From the NCBI GenBank assembly GCA_965153455.1, contig OZ234493.1:22062213-22126212 (forward strand): a stretch of 64,000 bases of DNA, given 5' to 3'. Source of the stretch: Sphagnum compactum (lineage: Eukaryota). The stretch's first letter is position 1. Each line of letters begins with the position of its first letter. The notes below the pieces were generated by a model. It had not been told where the DNA came from and made no database searches. It saw only the letters and a list, made by a program, of their open reading frames with translations. The position numbers were made by a program, and so were the translations under genes. Below, in pieces: positions 12,907 to 26,251 of this stretch.

Positions 12907-15768
12907 ATGGCTCGTCGAACTGGATCGGTGCCATTGAGGCGTGTATCAGAAGTAGCACCTTTTAGCCCAACTTCTGCGACGCCCAAGACCAGAACTTCTC
13001 CTTGGGTCTCGTTTTGCTTGCTTCTCATGGTGGGTCCATCTTGCCTTCCTTTATTTCAGCTTCTTTCGGCAGTTAATCACATAAACTGAGGGAATGTGAG
13101 CAAATGCATATTTTAGGGTACATTGTATCTGAGAAAGGGGAAGAAGAAGAAGAGAGTAAGTGGTGGAAAGCAGAGTGGAAAGAAGCTCTTGTGTGCTGTG
13201 GGTTGCAGCTTTAGCAATAATAGTTTTGCTGATAAAGAAACCCTCAACATCATCCCGGGATTTTTTTCCTGTTGGTGGGGTTTAGGGTGCTCTGGCATTG
13301 ATTGGATACTCATATGGAAATTCAGGTGCATTGCCCCTTTACTTTCCACACCTGACTTGAACACACAACAGACTTGTCTTTTAGCTTGTGTCTGAGATCA
13401 CCTACCAGCTGCCCTTCTCCTTTGCCATGTAGACGTCACACTACAAGATCTGGGAACAGCTTTCTTTCCTTCTCATGTATGAAATTGAGAATGGTGGGCT
13501 TGAATTCAGACTTGTTGGTGTTTTTTAGGGTTGGACCTCCTCTTGGTTCTATTCACGGATTTGGTTGTGGATCTGAAATCTATCAAACTATATTCTTACA
13601 TCTCTTCTTAATTCTCTTCAGAAATCATGAAAGTATGGAGAAGTTTGGAATACTTATGAACATATTGAAGTCAGTTTTGTGAAGCGATATTTGGGTATGT
13701 AAGTTGCAATCCAACTTTGCATAGCACACGTTATAGAGATACTGGATGTCATGTCTCTTTTAGGGTTTCTGGAAAGAGTACTAATAGGTGTGGTTTGTTC
13801 TTTGGGTGTGAAGTGTTTCAACACACAGAGAGCACAGGGATAAATGCTGGCCACAACAGTGCACGGTTGCTAGCTGCCAGATCAGGGGATGACATTGCTG
13901 ATTCTGGCACAATACTCTCTACTTGGGATGGTACAACTCTGATGCTTCTGGTAGATTTTTCTATGGGCAATGCAATTATTCTATTGAATATTCTGGACTC
14001 TTGAGTTCAGTTGAACAAGGATGCATCCAAGCGCAGTCAGGCATGAACCAACAAATTGCAAATGTAGGTTGATTGGAAATTGATGAGAAATCTCGAAATT
14101 TGTAATGTCACAATGTCTCCAAAATGGATAAGATCCATCTAGACATTAGAGAAATCTGTAGAGTGAAGGAACCACAGTATGAGTACCCTGAGTTTGGTCA
14201 TAAAGGGGGGTAAGATTAGAGAAAAAATAGTAAAAAAGTACATTGCATTTAACAGGGAGTGAAGATGGTGAAACTCAGATTACACTGAATTTTGTGGTAA
14301 TCTGTGTTTCGTTCTATCTTTCTCTTTTTCCTGAGTGCCTTCACTGCTGCTGTGCTTATTGCTGCCATAATTACTTGAATCTCGTGCATTAGATATTGTG
14401 GTACTGAGTTTCTCCCCTGATTCAATAAAATTCCTTCACTTTGCAGATAGCAACGTTTGAGATTGAAATAGGGGGTCGGGGTTGAAAGGAGGACCCAAAA
14501 GCAGGGTCATGTTACGGATTTCTCTATTATCCTGCATATATCTACATATCTGCACACTAAGGCTGTCTTTAGTACGACCCTTCAGTACACATAATCCCTG
14601 TGGATTGATTGAAGGATCAACTTCTGTCTCATAAGAGTGTCATGAGGTGTGTCTAATGTGATTGTGCTTGTCATACGATGGTGGTGCTGACTATGAAGTG
14701 CAAATTCATGTACCTGGGTTGCAGGGTTGAGGGCTTCTTCACGGCCAGAGTGCTCAGCACCAGTGTGTGATGTTATACCTATCTTATTGGATATGTATGG
14801 CAAGACTATGCATCGGCTGCTGCATATTGGACCTGGAACATGTGGCGTTGTCTCAAAGTTGCTTAAGGAGGGGGGTTCTGAAGCATGGGGCATCCAGCCA
14901 TTCAAAATGAAAGAGCCTGTTCACAAAACATGCCACAATCTTCTGCACAAGGGATTTATCCGAATAGCTGATGCCAATAGACCTCTACCTTACAGATCCC
15001 GCTCCTTCTCCTTTGTTTTGGTGACAGATACATTGGATGTGATGAAAGTGCGCGAATTGAACACAACCTTGAATGAGCTCTCTCGCTTGTCTGCACACAG
15101 CCTTGTTGTTATTGTCAGTGAGGCCCTGGAACCCTGCTGTTTCTTGATCCTACAGACAAATGCAATTGTGTACTTGTTTGTTCTGAGCATAGTAGTAAGA
15201 GAAGCTTGAATGAAGTGAAAATCATTTGTTGGGAATGCATGTCAACATTGTGTACGGTACATTACCCTAGGTCTGATTGTAGTACTGAAGATGGTGTGGG
15301 CTAATAGTGAAGGACAACTATTTGGAACTTTGTCCTTGCAGGCAAGCATCGTCATTTGCAGGCAGTCAAAATGATTGCAAAGCCTGGGAAGATCATAAAA
15401 CCTGTAAGTGCAATACCCACAACATTTTTCATTCAGTTATGGGCACACTGATGCTATAATAGTGAGTGGGTGATGAGCTTTATCTGTCAAGCTACAAACT
15501 GGTTTCCCTTCATGAGGTGACATGAGGGTGAATGTGTATTTTGCAGTTGAAGCCACGCACAAGAGCCTGGTGGCTTCTTCGCTTCCAATTGCTGGGATTG
15601 AAGGAGGATGAAGAAAAGAGCAAGCACTTTGATGCTGCACTACAGGAGATGGGAAAGAAGTTCAGCTTTTACATCTTCCAATTGATTGTTCCATCTTTCA
15701 GCACTGGGTACTGCCAAACTGTCCTATTTTTTGCTTATTTATTTACTTTTACTTTCTCACTTGGTTGA
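12907..15768 (+). CDS. CGR: Cotton Golgi-related (CGR2/CGR3-like) probable pectin methyltransferase, type II Golgi protein; multi-exon
   Basis: Exon 12907-13029 MARRTGSVPLRRVSE..RTSPWVSFCLLLM; exon ~14725-15117 IPILLDMYGKTMHRLLHIGPGTCGVVSKLL..EAWG..LPYRSRSFSFVLVTDTLD; exons 15342-15403 and 15547-onward (RTRAWWLLRF) match CGR motifs, with GT-AG borders. Small exons between 13030 and 14724 and the exact 3' end (possible extra splice near 15707 to 15788) are unresolved. Confidence 0.85.
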
Positions 15769-17038
15769 ACTGCCCTTTGTGTTACAGCTTGTTGAGTTCT
15801 GTCCTCTCATCTGGAGTCTACACTTACAGGGATTCATATTACCGGGCTAGCTAGAAGTAGACAGGCATGCTAGAAAGTAGGGTAGATTAGCAATAAGTGG
15901 AACAAAGGACAATCGTCAAGACAAAAGTTTCCATTGAATCCTTTCTGTGTTTCTCATGACCTCTCGTTGTTCTGATTTCCTTCCATTCAAGCCCCCTTCT
16001 TGTGGAAGAACTGATATATGTAACAAGAGCCTGACATTCTGCATGTCTGTCAAATAATCAGGTAGCCTGGCTCAGGGGAGCTGAGATGTCAGAGCATCTC
16101 CCCCTGCTGCAATTACTCCAGCTTCTGTTTTCTATGGATGACTTGGTGTTTAAGCTCCAAAGACTGAGTGCCCAAAGCTAAGATGGCCATCTGTTTGCTT
16201 CCCAGATGGTAAAATTTGATGGAAGTGGTTTCATCAACATTGGACATGCAACCATAGTGAAGTTGAAATTTCCGTAAATATAGGTCCAGGAAGAGCATCT
16301 AATTTCAAATAGAAACACTCTGTGCTATGCAGCCTGGCTAGGAGATTTAGAGCTACTCTTGTAAGGAAGGTAGTTTGCTGGTGGTAGGCGGGAAGTACAG
16401 CAGTCTGCACAAATCAAGGATGTGATGCAGCACTGAAGATGTAATGCTGAGCCCATTAATTTGGCTGTTTTTTACCAAATTTTGTCAAGGTGCAACATTG
16501 TGCCACATCTTCAGGTAAGCCAGTTCTGATTGTACATTGGTTCTTGATATCACTGCAAAAACACGTGTGCTCCTGCAGAGTTGAAATGCCATAGAATTTT
16601 GTGTGACTCTGAAGCACTCTCAAGAGGATCAGATTTACACCTTGTTCATGGCAATCCGTGAGAGGAAGAATTTGTGCACTGCAGTGTGTTATTCTGAATA
16701 TAACAGTAATGAGCAGTGTGATGCTCTTTGCAAAATTCATATGGAGCACATAACACTCAAGAGCAAGCACAGGTCACAGAAATGAACCAAGGTAGAATGG
16801 ACACAAAAGAGGGACAAATTGGTGCAACAGTATGTGCTTTGCAAGATTAGAGAAACTTCACTAACAATTGTTACAACTTTCTAAGTAGCTCTTTGTGGAT
16901 CGACAGCCCTTGCACCTCCTGATGAGAAACAACCAAAGGCCATCTTTTGAGCTAAAAGAATTTGAAGGCCACATGCAGCTTGGGTCAATTAACTATTTGC
17001 CCCTGGAGACACATCTGAAAGTAAGTGTATCAAGGGTT

Positions 17039-20000
17039 TTAGGGCTTAAGGTTTTGGGCTTTCTCAGATTTCATACCAAGTTCTTCATCAACGATTCCAG
17101 TCTTGAAACCTTTGTCACTCAAAAGAGAATACACTCGCTTTTCCTTGCCACCAGGCTTTGATGATGCATTACCATACCAAATCATGCCACAAATTGCCAG
17201 TAGCATTCCAAGGACAACCTGGATGCTCAAACCCTGCTTGCCAAACAGGAAGAACCCCATTATGAGCACCAATACTGTCTTCATGTGCCCAAGCACCTGG
17301 AAGGAGACTGCACTAAATCGCCCAATGCAGATGAACTGGCTCAAGTTTGTACCGACCGCAATCAAGCATGACAAGACGATGAAAAACTGCACATTTTGTC
17401 CACCACACAAAAGCTCAGTTCAGCAATTGAAGGGTTCTCAACACAATGCGCAATATCATATCCATGGATTCAGGTACAGACATTCCACACTACTACTTCA
17501 GGGCAAGAAATGCTGCAAATTTGAGCATTCAGAAACCGTCAAGAGAAATATTGATGACAGATAGCTGAGTAGTAGCATAAGGAAGTTGATCTCTCAATGC
17601 ATGAGATCCAAGAGATGGGTGCTTACCACAGAGGGGAGGCTATAGTCAAAAAGGTCGACTCTCAGGCCTGATAACCAATAGTCAACAAAGGGCCCCAACA
17701 GAACGAGTGAGGCAGCTTGTACAGGAGCTGTGTGCCCAAGAAGGTCGAATGAGCCCAACGAGTACTTCTTTTGTAGATGGTGAACATACTACAGTCACAT
17801 TCAAGCCCCACAAATCATGTCAGGGAACAATTTCTCTGGTCTTTTGCAATGAAAATGATGAGAAGCAAGCAGTAATCCAGCAGTCCAGAGACACCAGGAA
17901 ATTGTGTCACCTTTGCAGTTGGTAAGCAGATATGTTTTAGCATCATGGGACTTACATATTGTTGCAATGCAGTGCTCCAGACAGCAACAACTGCTGCAAT
18001 GAAGCCTTTTGTATTAACACTCACGTCACTAACTGTGCAGATCGCAACACCCACCAATACCACCATTATGCTCAGCTTTGTGTCTCTTGAGTACCCAATC
18101 TTATCAAACACCACCTCAAACAAGCATGACACTGGTATCATGCTCAGCTTGGCAATCTGCACAATTCCAACAAAAACTCATGAAAACAATAATTTCAAAT
18201 ACGGCTGCATCCCAACCAAAGGCATTCAGCCACAAATAACTGACAGTGGCAGTGATGCGACTGAAAAATTGGGAATGCACTTTTGGATTATGAAAATCTT
18301 GTGATTGTCATGTCTGCACTTTGCACCAGGCATTCCAAGCTATGGCAGCTTCTGTGGTTCATTTAAACTGCTGGAATAAAGAAAATCCAGCATGATTAGC
18401 TTGTAATAAATTCAAAGGAAAAACTTCATCAACTAGAAAGCCTGTGGAGAAAGATGCCATTAAAAAAGAGAGCTCCACAACACAGCAAACTCTCATCTTC
18501 TCTAGGGCCTTCACGATGGTCTCACTTATCTTTGTCTACATCTTTGCTGTGTTGTGGAATGGGCAAACTTTGTACCCTTCAACACCCTTGAACTTGCCTT
18601 GTAAATGGTCCTATTTTTCAGGATCTAGAAACTGACAAAAAGATAGCAGCAAGATTGAGTAGGTTTACCTGATAGAAGCCGACAGAATTCCACATCAGGC
18701 TAACATTCATGCCTACGATGGAAAAATTTGCACATAGAGCAAACTTCACAAGGTCAAGAAGTGGCAGATGTGATGGTTGAATGTATCCCATACACCTCAG
18801 CACAAGCGTCATGAGTGTTGTCATTGAAAAGTGCAGACCTGTCAATGTTGTTGCTGCAATAAATTCCACCAATATTAAACCACATCAGTTGCAACTCATC
18901 AAATCAAATCCTGTACTGGAACAAAGCACTGTTTGTAATCTTCTTAAGAAAACCAACTTTCTTTCTTGGGAACTGTATAATCCATGTTGAGGATCACAAC
19001 ATCCGTCATTGGCCATCTCAAAAAATTGCTTCCAATACTTCACTTTTATAACTTTGCTTACAACCTATCCATTTCCTCAAACTGCTCTTCATAGACATAC
19101 CTAATTGCTCTATGAGGAGGACTACCTCAATTAGGTGGTATGCTGGCTTACAACATAAAGCAAATCTAAAAATAAAATGTATTTTCTCTGACCAAGTCGT
19201 CTGTTTTCTTCTTCCTTTTTCCACACTGATGTATTAAGACTTGGATGCAATGCAAAGGAGTGTTTCATCATGACCACATTGGAAAATGTGACAAATTACA
19301 TAAGTACATCAGTGGTCATGCAAGTCTATACGCAGAGGAGTGATTGTGGGTGTGCTTGGAAGTAAAGACACAACAATTAGAAGTTGTTTTGTGAAGGTTG
19401 TTTGCTTCCATTTCTCTCTTGATCAAGACAGAGATGCTGAACAGAGCAATGCAATCAAAAGGGAACTTGACAGATCTTTGAGAAAAGAAAGAAGCGGTTC
19501 CCTCAACAGTTGCAAGAGTTTTTTTGTTTGGTCTCAGTTCCTTTCATTCTAGAGTCACACTAAAAATCAAAATGCAGCTTCATAGTGAGGAAGCATGACA
19601 ATCTGACCATAGCAAACCGTCAGGTAGGGATAGGAAATGAGGCTTGATCTGAAGAAGCACAAGCTGCCAAAAACTAAAACAATATTTGGAAAATCTTGAG
19701 ATCCTCAGATAGAACAATCATATTGAACAACACCTGCTTCTACTTGCTGCATACAGACAGACACCTTGAGAATCTTCAAAGATGCAAACAAAACGAGGCA
19801 TGGAAAACAAGTTTGCAGGTTCTTCACCACTATGACACATTCCAGCAAGTTGGCAAGGAGAAAGAGAAAAAGAAAACCCCCGAGTCTTCTAGTGAGGTGC
19901 AGCTGTGAATTCTGAGGAATGCCAATATTTTGAGATCAGGGAGTAAAGACTTAATCCCATCTGAGGGAGAAAAGAAAAACACAAAAAGATTTGTAGAACA

Positions 20001-20286
20001 GCAGCAAGTTCATGTCCTCAAGCAAAGACAAGGACAGGAAAGCATGAGTCAATGATCTGAAGAGACACACACAGGGGAGAAGAAGAAGAAGGAGAAGGAG
20101 AAGAGGGAGTCAACAGAAAGGGTACAAACCGAAGCTGAAGCCATAGTTCGCCATGAGCTGCTTGTTAACCATGATGATCCCCACCGAGGTTGTAACATTG
20201 AACAACCATGCTCCGACATCAAGAGCAGCCTTCCTGTCTGCCTTGCTTGTCGGATTCCGATCTGGTTTTCCAATCGAAGGTGCCAT
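17039..20286 (-). CDS. URGT: UDP-rhamnose/UDP-galactose transporter (URGT family nucleotide-sugar transporter), 5 coding exons
   Basis: Exons 20286-20130, 18853-18669, 18156-17956, 17788-17627 and 17386-17039 join in frame at GT-AG sites. Motifs: [74 protein letters not shown]. Confidence 0.93.
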
Positions 20287-20759
20287 CTCCCTCCCCACAA
20301 CACAAAATGCAACTCACGCTGTCCAAGTTACCCAACCTTTTCTTCTCACTACCATGGACCGACTACTACCCTAACCTCTATCCTTCATCAAAACAAAAAA
20401 AACACACACACACACACACACAGACCCTTCTGCTAAGTATTTGATGTCTTCCTCTTCCCACCAAGTAGAGACGCGTGAGCTTGGAGACGCCAAATGAAAG
20501 CTTTATCCCTTTTTTTTTTCCTAACAAGACTTGTCACGCCGAGACTTTAGTTCTCTCCTTGCAATCCACCCTCAAAGATCAAAACTTGGACCTCCTCCCC
20601 ACCGCCACTTCACAGCTGCTACCCTTTTTTGTGTGTTTGTTTTGGCAATGCACTTACATACAAAGCTCTTGATCTATGTCCTCTGAAGCCGGATCTGGCA
20701 CCTGATCTGCGAACACTAAAAGCTTCGAAAAGCGACAGCTTGGAGAAAACAGTGCTCAC

Positions 20760-21285
20760 AAGAAGAAGCAGCAGCAGCAGCCGAAGAAGACCAACAGCAA
20801 CAACAACAACAACAAATGAGGGAAATGAAGCAGCAAACAATAGAGGAAGAAACAAAATGGGTGGTATACGTGTATGTGTGTGGGGAAGAAGAGAGTGCGA
20901 GAAGGAAGGAAAATGCAGTGAGGAGAATGGAGAAGTTGTGAGCTCTATTTGTTGGAAGAAGGACACGAGAGAACACAAATGGGGAAGGAAACAACTGGGG
21001 GAGGTGGGGACAGACAGACAGACAGACAGACAGCACACAGTAGCAGCAGCAACAACAACAACAACTGGAGAAGAGAGAGAACAACAACAACAACAACAAA
21101 CTCTTCTTAGTAGGAGGAGTGAAGGAGAAAGCTCTTCCAGGAAACTGATGCAAAGCTCCTTCTGGTGGAGGACATTGCACAACAACAACAACAAGCTCAA
21201 AACCCAAAACCAGCAACTTTTTTGTTCACCACCACAAGGCCTATTCTCCTCTTTTGTTCTCTCTCTCTCTCTCTCTCTCTCTTTC
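20760..21285. repeat. Microsatellite-rich putative 5' leader/promoter of the URGT gene ((CAA)n, (GCA)n, (GACA)n, (CT)n)
   Basis: Simple repeats are directly visible; a minus-strand donor-like site (gtaagtg) near 20657 suggests a 5'UTR intron. Confidence 0.6.
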
Positions 21286-23788
21286 TTCATTTGCTATTTG
21301 TTCTTCATTTATTTATTGAAGGAGAAGAGAACCCAAAAACCCATTTCCAATTTTGATTTGGTCCCCATATTTTGAGGATTGTTCAAAATTGTTTGTTTTG
21401 TTTGTTTGTTTACTATCAAATATTGTTTGTTTTGTTTCTTTGTTTACTATCAAGTACCTACCTACCTACATATGTGCCCTACAATAATACCTTGTAGGTA
21501 GGTACGTACCTTGCTAATTTTTAGCACATTGAAATGGGGGACGCTTCACTTAATATCATACTACAACAACTTACAAGCCCAGCTTCAACACATATCTGTC
21601 CAATAAGTAAAATTATTTTTGAAAATTATTTTTCCATGTGAAAAAAAAAACCTATTATTCTTGAATATTCTTTATTTTCCTTCCTTCACAAATTTTTTGT
21701 TTCTTTGAAACTTTTTTTTAAAAAAAAAATTTACATTCAACATATCTACAAATAATGTAATTAGTGTCAAAGCTGCCAAGGTACTTACTTACTTCCCTAT
21801 GGTATTCAACTCTAGAGATTCATAATGGCATATATGATGATGCAAAAGGCCCCTTAGAACTAAGAAATGGTATGGCTCTTATTATGGGCCAGAAGTGAGA
21901 GATTTTCTTTTTGGGGTAAAAGTTGTCAATTTTTTTTTTAATATTTGGTTTTTTATTTGTGTAGCCAAAAAACATTAAAAAAAAGGATGATTAAAGATTT
22001 GTATACTTCAGATATCTGATTTTTATAACCAGATTTGGCTAAACCTTCCTACTACTACTCATGGTCACCACTTTGGCTACCAACAAATACAAACAATAAT
22101 TTCAAGAGCTGCAGTGTACTTAAAAAAACCTTTGACTGACTTCCTTTCCAAAGGTGACTATCGAAGCATGAAACCATGAGTGGAGTGAGTAATGAATCCA
22201 TGAAAGGAGAAAAGTTTTCTTGTAATTATTTATTTTAAAATAATATTTTATATATTTACATATAAGTTGCTATTAAAGAATAATATTTTCTTTATTTATT
22301 TTTAAGTTGTTATTAAAGATGGGTAAAAGATGGGATAGAGAGAGAGTATGACACAATATTTTTGTGTACATATCCAAATCTTCTTCTTTTTTCCTTCTCA
22401 ATTTTGCAATGGAGCCAAAGTGGCTATCATCCGGAAGAAGATTTACCCGAATTTGGCTATAAACAAGATATGAAAGTAAACAAATCTAAGCATCCTTCTA
22501 TATTCTTGGCTACCTATTGCAACCTATTATTATAAAAATCTGGCAATTTTCTTTGTAGTGTAGATGAAACTTAAAGCTGAAATTAAGCTTTGGGAAGCAT
22601 TTTGGGGCAATTTCAGTATGCAATTAAATCAAATGCGATTTTTTGCTTGCTATCATTGTTGTGGAATTGTGAAATTTTACTTTCATTTTTGCTATTTGGT
22701 TGATTTGTAGTACTTTGGCAATTGGACTTGAATGATTCACAAGACAGTAGGTATAAGCAAGGGAAATATGTTCCCACATTATTAGCCTTAATCTCTCTCT
22801 AAAGGCAGTTTTGGACCAACCTACAGTTTCATCCCCTGTTTTTTCCCTGTGTTCAAACTTTCATCTTGACTTTTTTTCACTCATGACCTGTTTTTGGTGA
22901 AATTTAGGGTTCTCATGCCTAGTTTCAACCACTTACACATAACTTTCTTCTCTCCAGATTCCATTGTCTTATGCCATATAAATCAACCATAAGACATGTT
23001 CAGACTTCAGACTCCTTGGCCTAAAATTCTGCATGGGTTTGTTTCTACTGCACACTCTATGAGGATTCAGATACATTAGGTGAAGGACAACCTCTAATGA
23101 GTTGGATTTATAGGTGACTTGAACCAATTCCAATGTGGTGTGGTGGAATGATACAGTTTTTTCTAGGTTGTAATCACTCAACCCGTTGATCAGAATTCCA
23201 TGATTCCAATTATAGTTTGTAGGTCGACAAGTCAAGCTTCATTTTGGAATGGATAGTTCCTTTGTGATGCACCCAAGATAATGGGCACGGCAAGCCATTC
23301 ATTCCATGGCATTAAGGTCTGTGGTAGGAGATGCAACAACTTTTTCAAAAATAGTCATGTTCAACAGACACATTTTGATCGCTATTATGAGTGTATGATC
23401 ATTATCAGAGGATTATGTCGTATAATGTGATCAAGAAAATGACATAATTCACACCGGACCCCCTCCTCCAAAACAACCTTAATCTTGGTGGATATGGAGG
23501 GAGATCTAAAGTGGGAGCTTTGGCAGAGGAAATACCTTGAAGAATTGGTGGTGAACGGATTCAAACCCATTGTAACCCTTGTTTTGTTAATCATTAAAGC
23601 ATCAAGGAACAATAGCAGCATTGAAACTCCCTTACTCAAAATGTATCATAGATATCAGTAAATAAACATTGTCATGGTGATATATAGGTATCTCAACTTG
23701 TCATTTGGGTCTTCAGATCTGCAAACAGTGATTCAAACTGCCAAACCTGGAAGGGGCTCCTGAGTCCTTGCCCTAGTCACACTATTAT

Positions 23789-24180
23789 GGCCAGAGGGAA
23801 CTAGCACCCAGGGCACCATGAAGGATGGATGGTATCTAGACATGAAACATTTTTCCTTTATACACATGACCAATAGATCACACACACACACACACACACA
23901 CAAACACTACTGTGATGAGCTATGTATTAACCATCCACAACCACCTACTCGCCTAGTAGCCACTGTATGCCTTACCTACTTATCATATGATCACTAGCAT
24001 TCCCTCTCTACTTACTTATGGTACTTACAGACTGAGTAGTAGTTACCTAGGCAGTGCTGTGGGGAAGTAGGAGCATGTACAGGATAGATTACCAGGGTGG
24101 ACCTTTGATCCATCCACAACTGAGTCATAAATGGGTTTCCAATGGACTGTGCACCAGCGGGTGCTGAATCACATAATCCC
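23789..24180. mobile_element. Diverged copy of the GGCCACAGTGAACCA-ended MITE
   Basis: Left end ggccagagggaactagcaccc..caccatgaaggatggatggt and right part catccacaact..gggtgctgaatcac align with the 30102-30485 element. Confidence 0.6.
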
Positions 24181-24191
24181 ACTTAGCATAT

Positions 24192-24291
24192 TCAAGCTCT
24201 TCTGAATAGTTTGCTTTGCACTGACCACGTGGCTCAAGCTCTTCTGAATAGTTTGCTTTGCACTGAGCACCCAGCTCAAGCTCTTCTGAAT
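24192..24291. repeat. 42-bp tandem repeat, ~2.4 copies
   Basis: tcaagctcttctgaat starts at 24192, 24234 and 24276. Confidence 0.9.
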
Positions 24292-26251
24292 GTTAGGGGT
24301 TGGGAGTAAGGACTTTCTGACATTCAAAAAAACTAATTAACCTTTCATGCAACAGTTCCTGGATGAGCATTGAACAAAAATATGTAATTTATATTTTTTG
24401 TGTGAGTCAATTTCACACTGAAAAGATATGTTGGTATTTGGTGAGCAACCAGTGTGGTATGATTAGTACTGTTGCACTTACCAAACCCATTGATGAATCA
24501 CACAAAAAAGTGCTGGCATATCTGACAAATTGAAGTAGTAGATTTGTACATAATTATCGCAGCACACTGTACACACTACCCACACACTGCACATTAGTAG
24601 TAGTAGCAGCTGCTACTTCTGAGCAGCTGAATCAATCTTAATCCAGTCTTGTACTGGAAGTTGTTGAGTGGGGAACATCTCCACCAGTAAGCAGTAAAAT
24701 AGCCTGTACAGTATATTTTAGATGAAGTATAGCAAATCATGTATCCCACCCATGTGGACGTGAGTATCGTTGTGCTCATGCTAGTTATCAGTCTAAAAGC
24801 ACTTTGCTTAGTTCCTGAATCTTGACGTTTAGATGAAGATGATGATGTTCTAGACATGCTTTACAATGTTGTTCCAGACTTTCTTAATGCTATGCTATTA
24901 CTGTCAAAAGCTTAGCCATTGTCAGTTTTTGCCTAATCCATGATCTTAAATGTGGGTGGAGTTGGACATTTAATTACCATAGTTATCTAATCTTGAATCA
25001 TTTACTTAGATCGTGATTCTTGATATTCAGATGATACGCTTTTTGACATATTATAGTAGACTTTCTCCAATGCTAGGCTACTCCCATCAAACTGCCCACT
25101 TGTGAATTGCGATTCTTCAATAAATCTGTTATTTTGCAAGCAGATCCCCTCCATGAGCAGAAGTCAAATTGTTTGATCCAATCCCACCAGACATTATCTC
25201 TGGAAAAGAAATTGAATTTCATATGCTTGCTTTTCGGTGTAAGTAAGCTGAACATGAGGTCTTGAGAAAGGGATAAGCATATGTTCCCAAATAGATACAT
25301 CCCTCAGTTTCGCACTATTTAAGGGCCTGAACTTCATCCAAAGTACAGTTTCCAGACCATTATACTGCAACTGGTGGAGCTGCTCTAGAGTCTGTTTGAA
25401 TCCTTGACAATTGCCAATCACACTGGAAGAAGGAAGTATGGTGTAACAGTCAGAGGATGAAGAAAAGTAAGGTTATGAAGGATTTCCTATTGATTACATG
25501 ACTTTGTATGACATCTACACTAAATCTTTACACCAAGCCCACATGCAGTGTCCCTGGATTCATTTAAGACAACTAGTGATGAAATCCTGAACCCCATGCA
25601 AGATATTGAAACCAACCTGTGCTTGAAAACGTCAGCAATAATTTACAATAATAAGGTCAGTGCAGCCCCCTAACACACCCACACCCGAATTAATGTGCAT
25701 TCTGGACACATGAAATAAAACAGAGAACTAAGAACTTGTCCTGGTCTGCTTATCCAGCAGTGTCAAGTGTGAAGGCTGCAATTGCAAGAGCAGTGAACTG
25801 TACTTAAGTAAAACATTATGAGAAACAAGCATGCCCTTTCTAGGATTGGCCCAGAATAAGTAATTTTGGAGTCTCTAGATGAAAGTGACATGGGGAAATT
25901 GCTGACCCTGATGTGTATGACAAGATGGTTATCTATGGAAGAATATGAAAACCAAAAGCTTGCAATGTGTATATTCTGAAAGGGATGTAAGCAGAGTGGT
26001 ACATAGGAGACACTGCCCATGCCCGGGCTTAAAACTACAGCTCAATTTACAGTATTAACCTTGATGAGAACACAATCAACAAGGTTCATTCACAAAGCGT
26101 CAAACCAAACTCTCTTATAAGTGGAACTTTTCAATGTCAGAGCACCACATTTGAAGAGAAAAGCACCTTGAAATGTTTAATTATTGGCACATTGTATAAT
26201 AAAAATGATTGCTGTTGCCTTCAATTTTAAGTTAACACCATGCACCTGGGG

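Noticed and set aside
20619-21375. Long overlapping ORFs of 166-248 aa on both strands
   Set aside because: They are produced by trinucleotide and dinucleotide microsatellites in the URGT leader, with low complexity and no domain.
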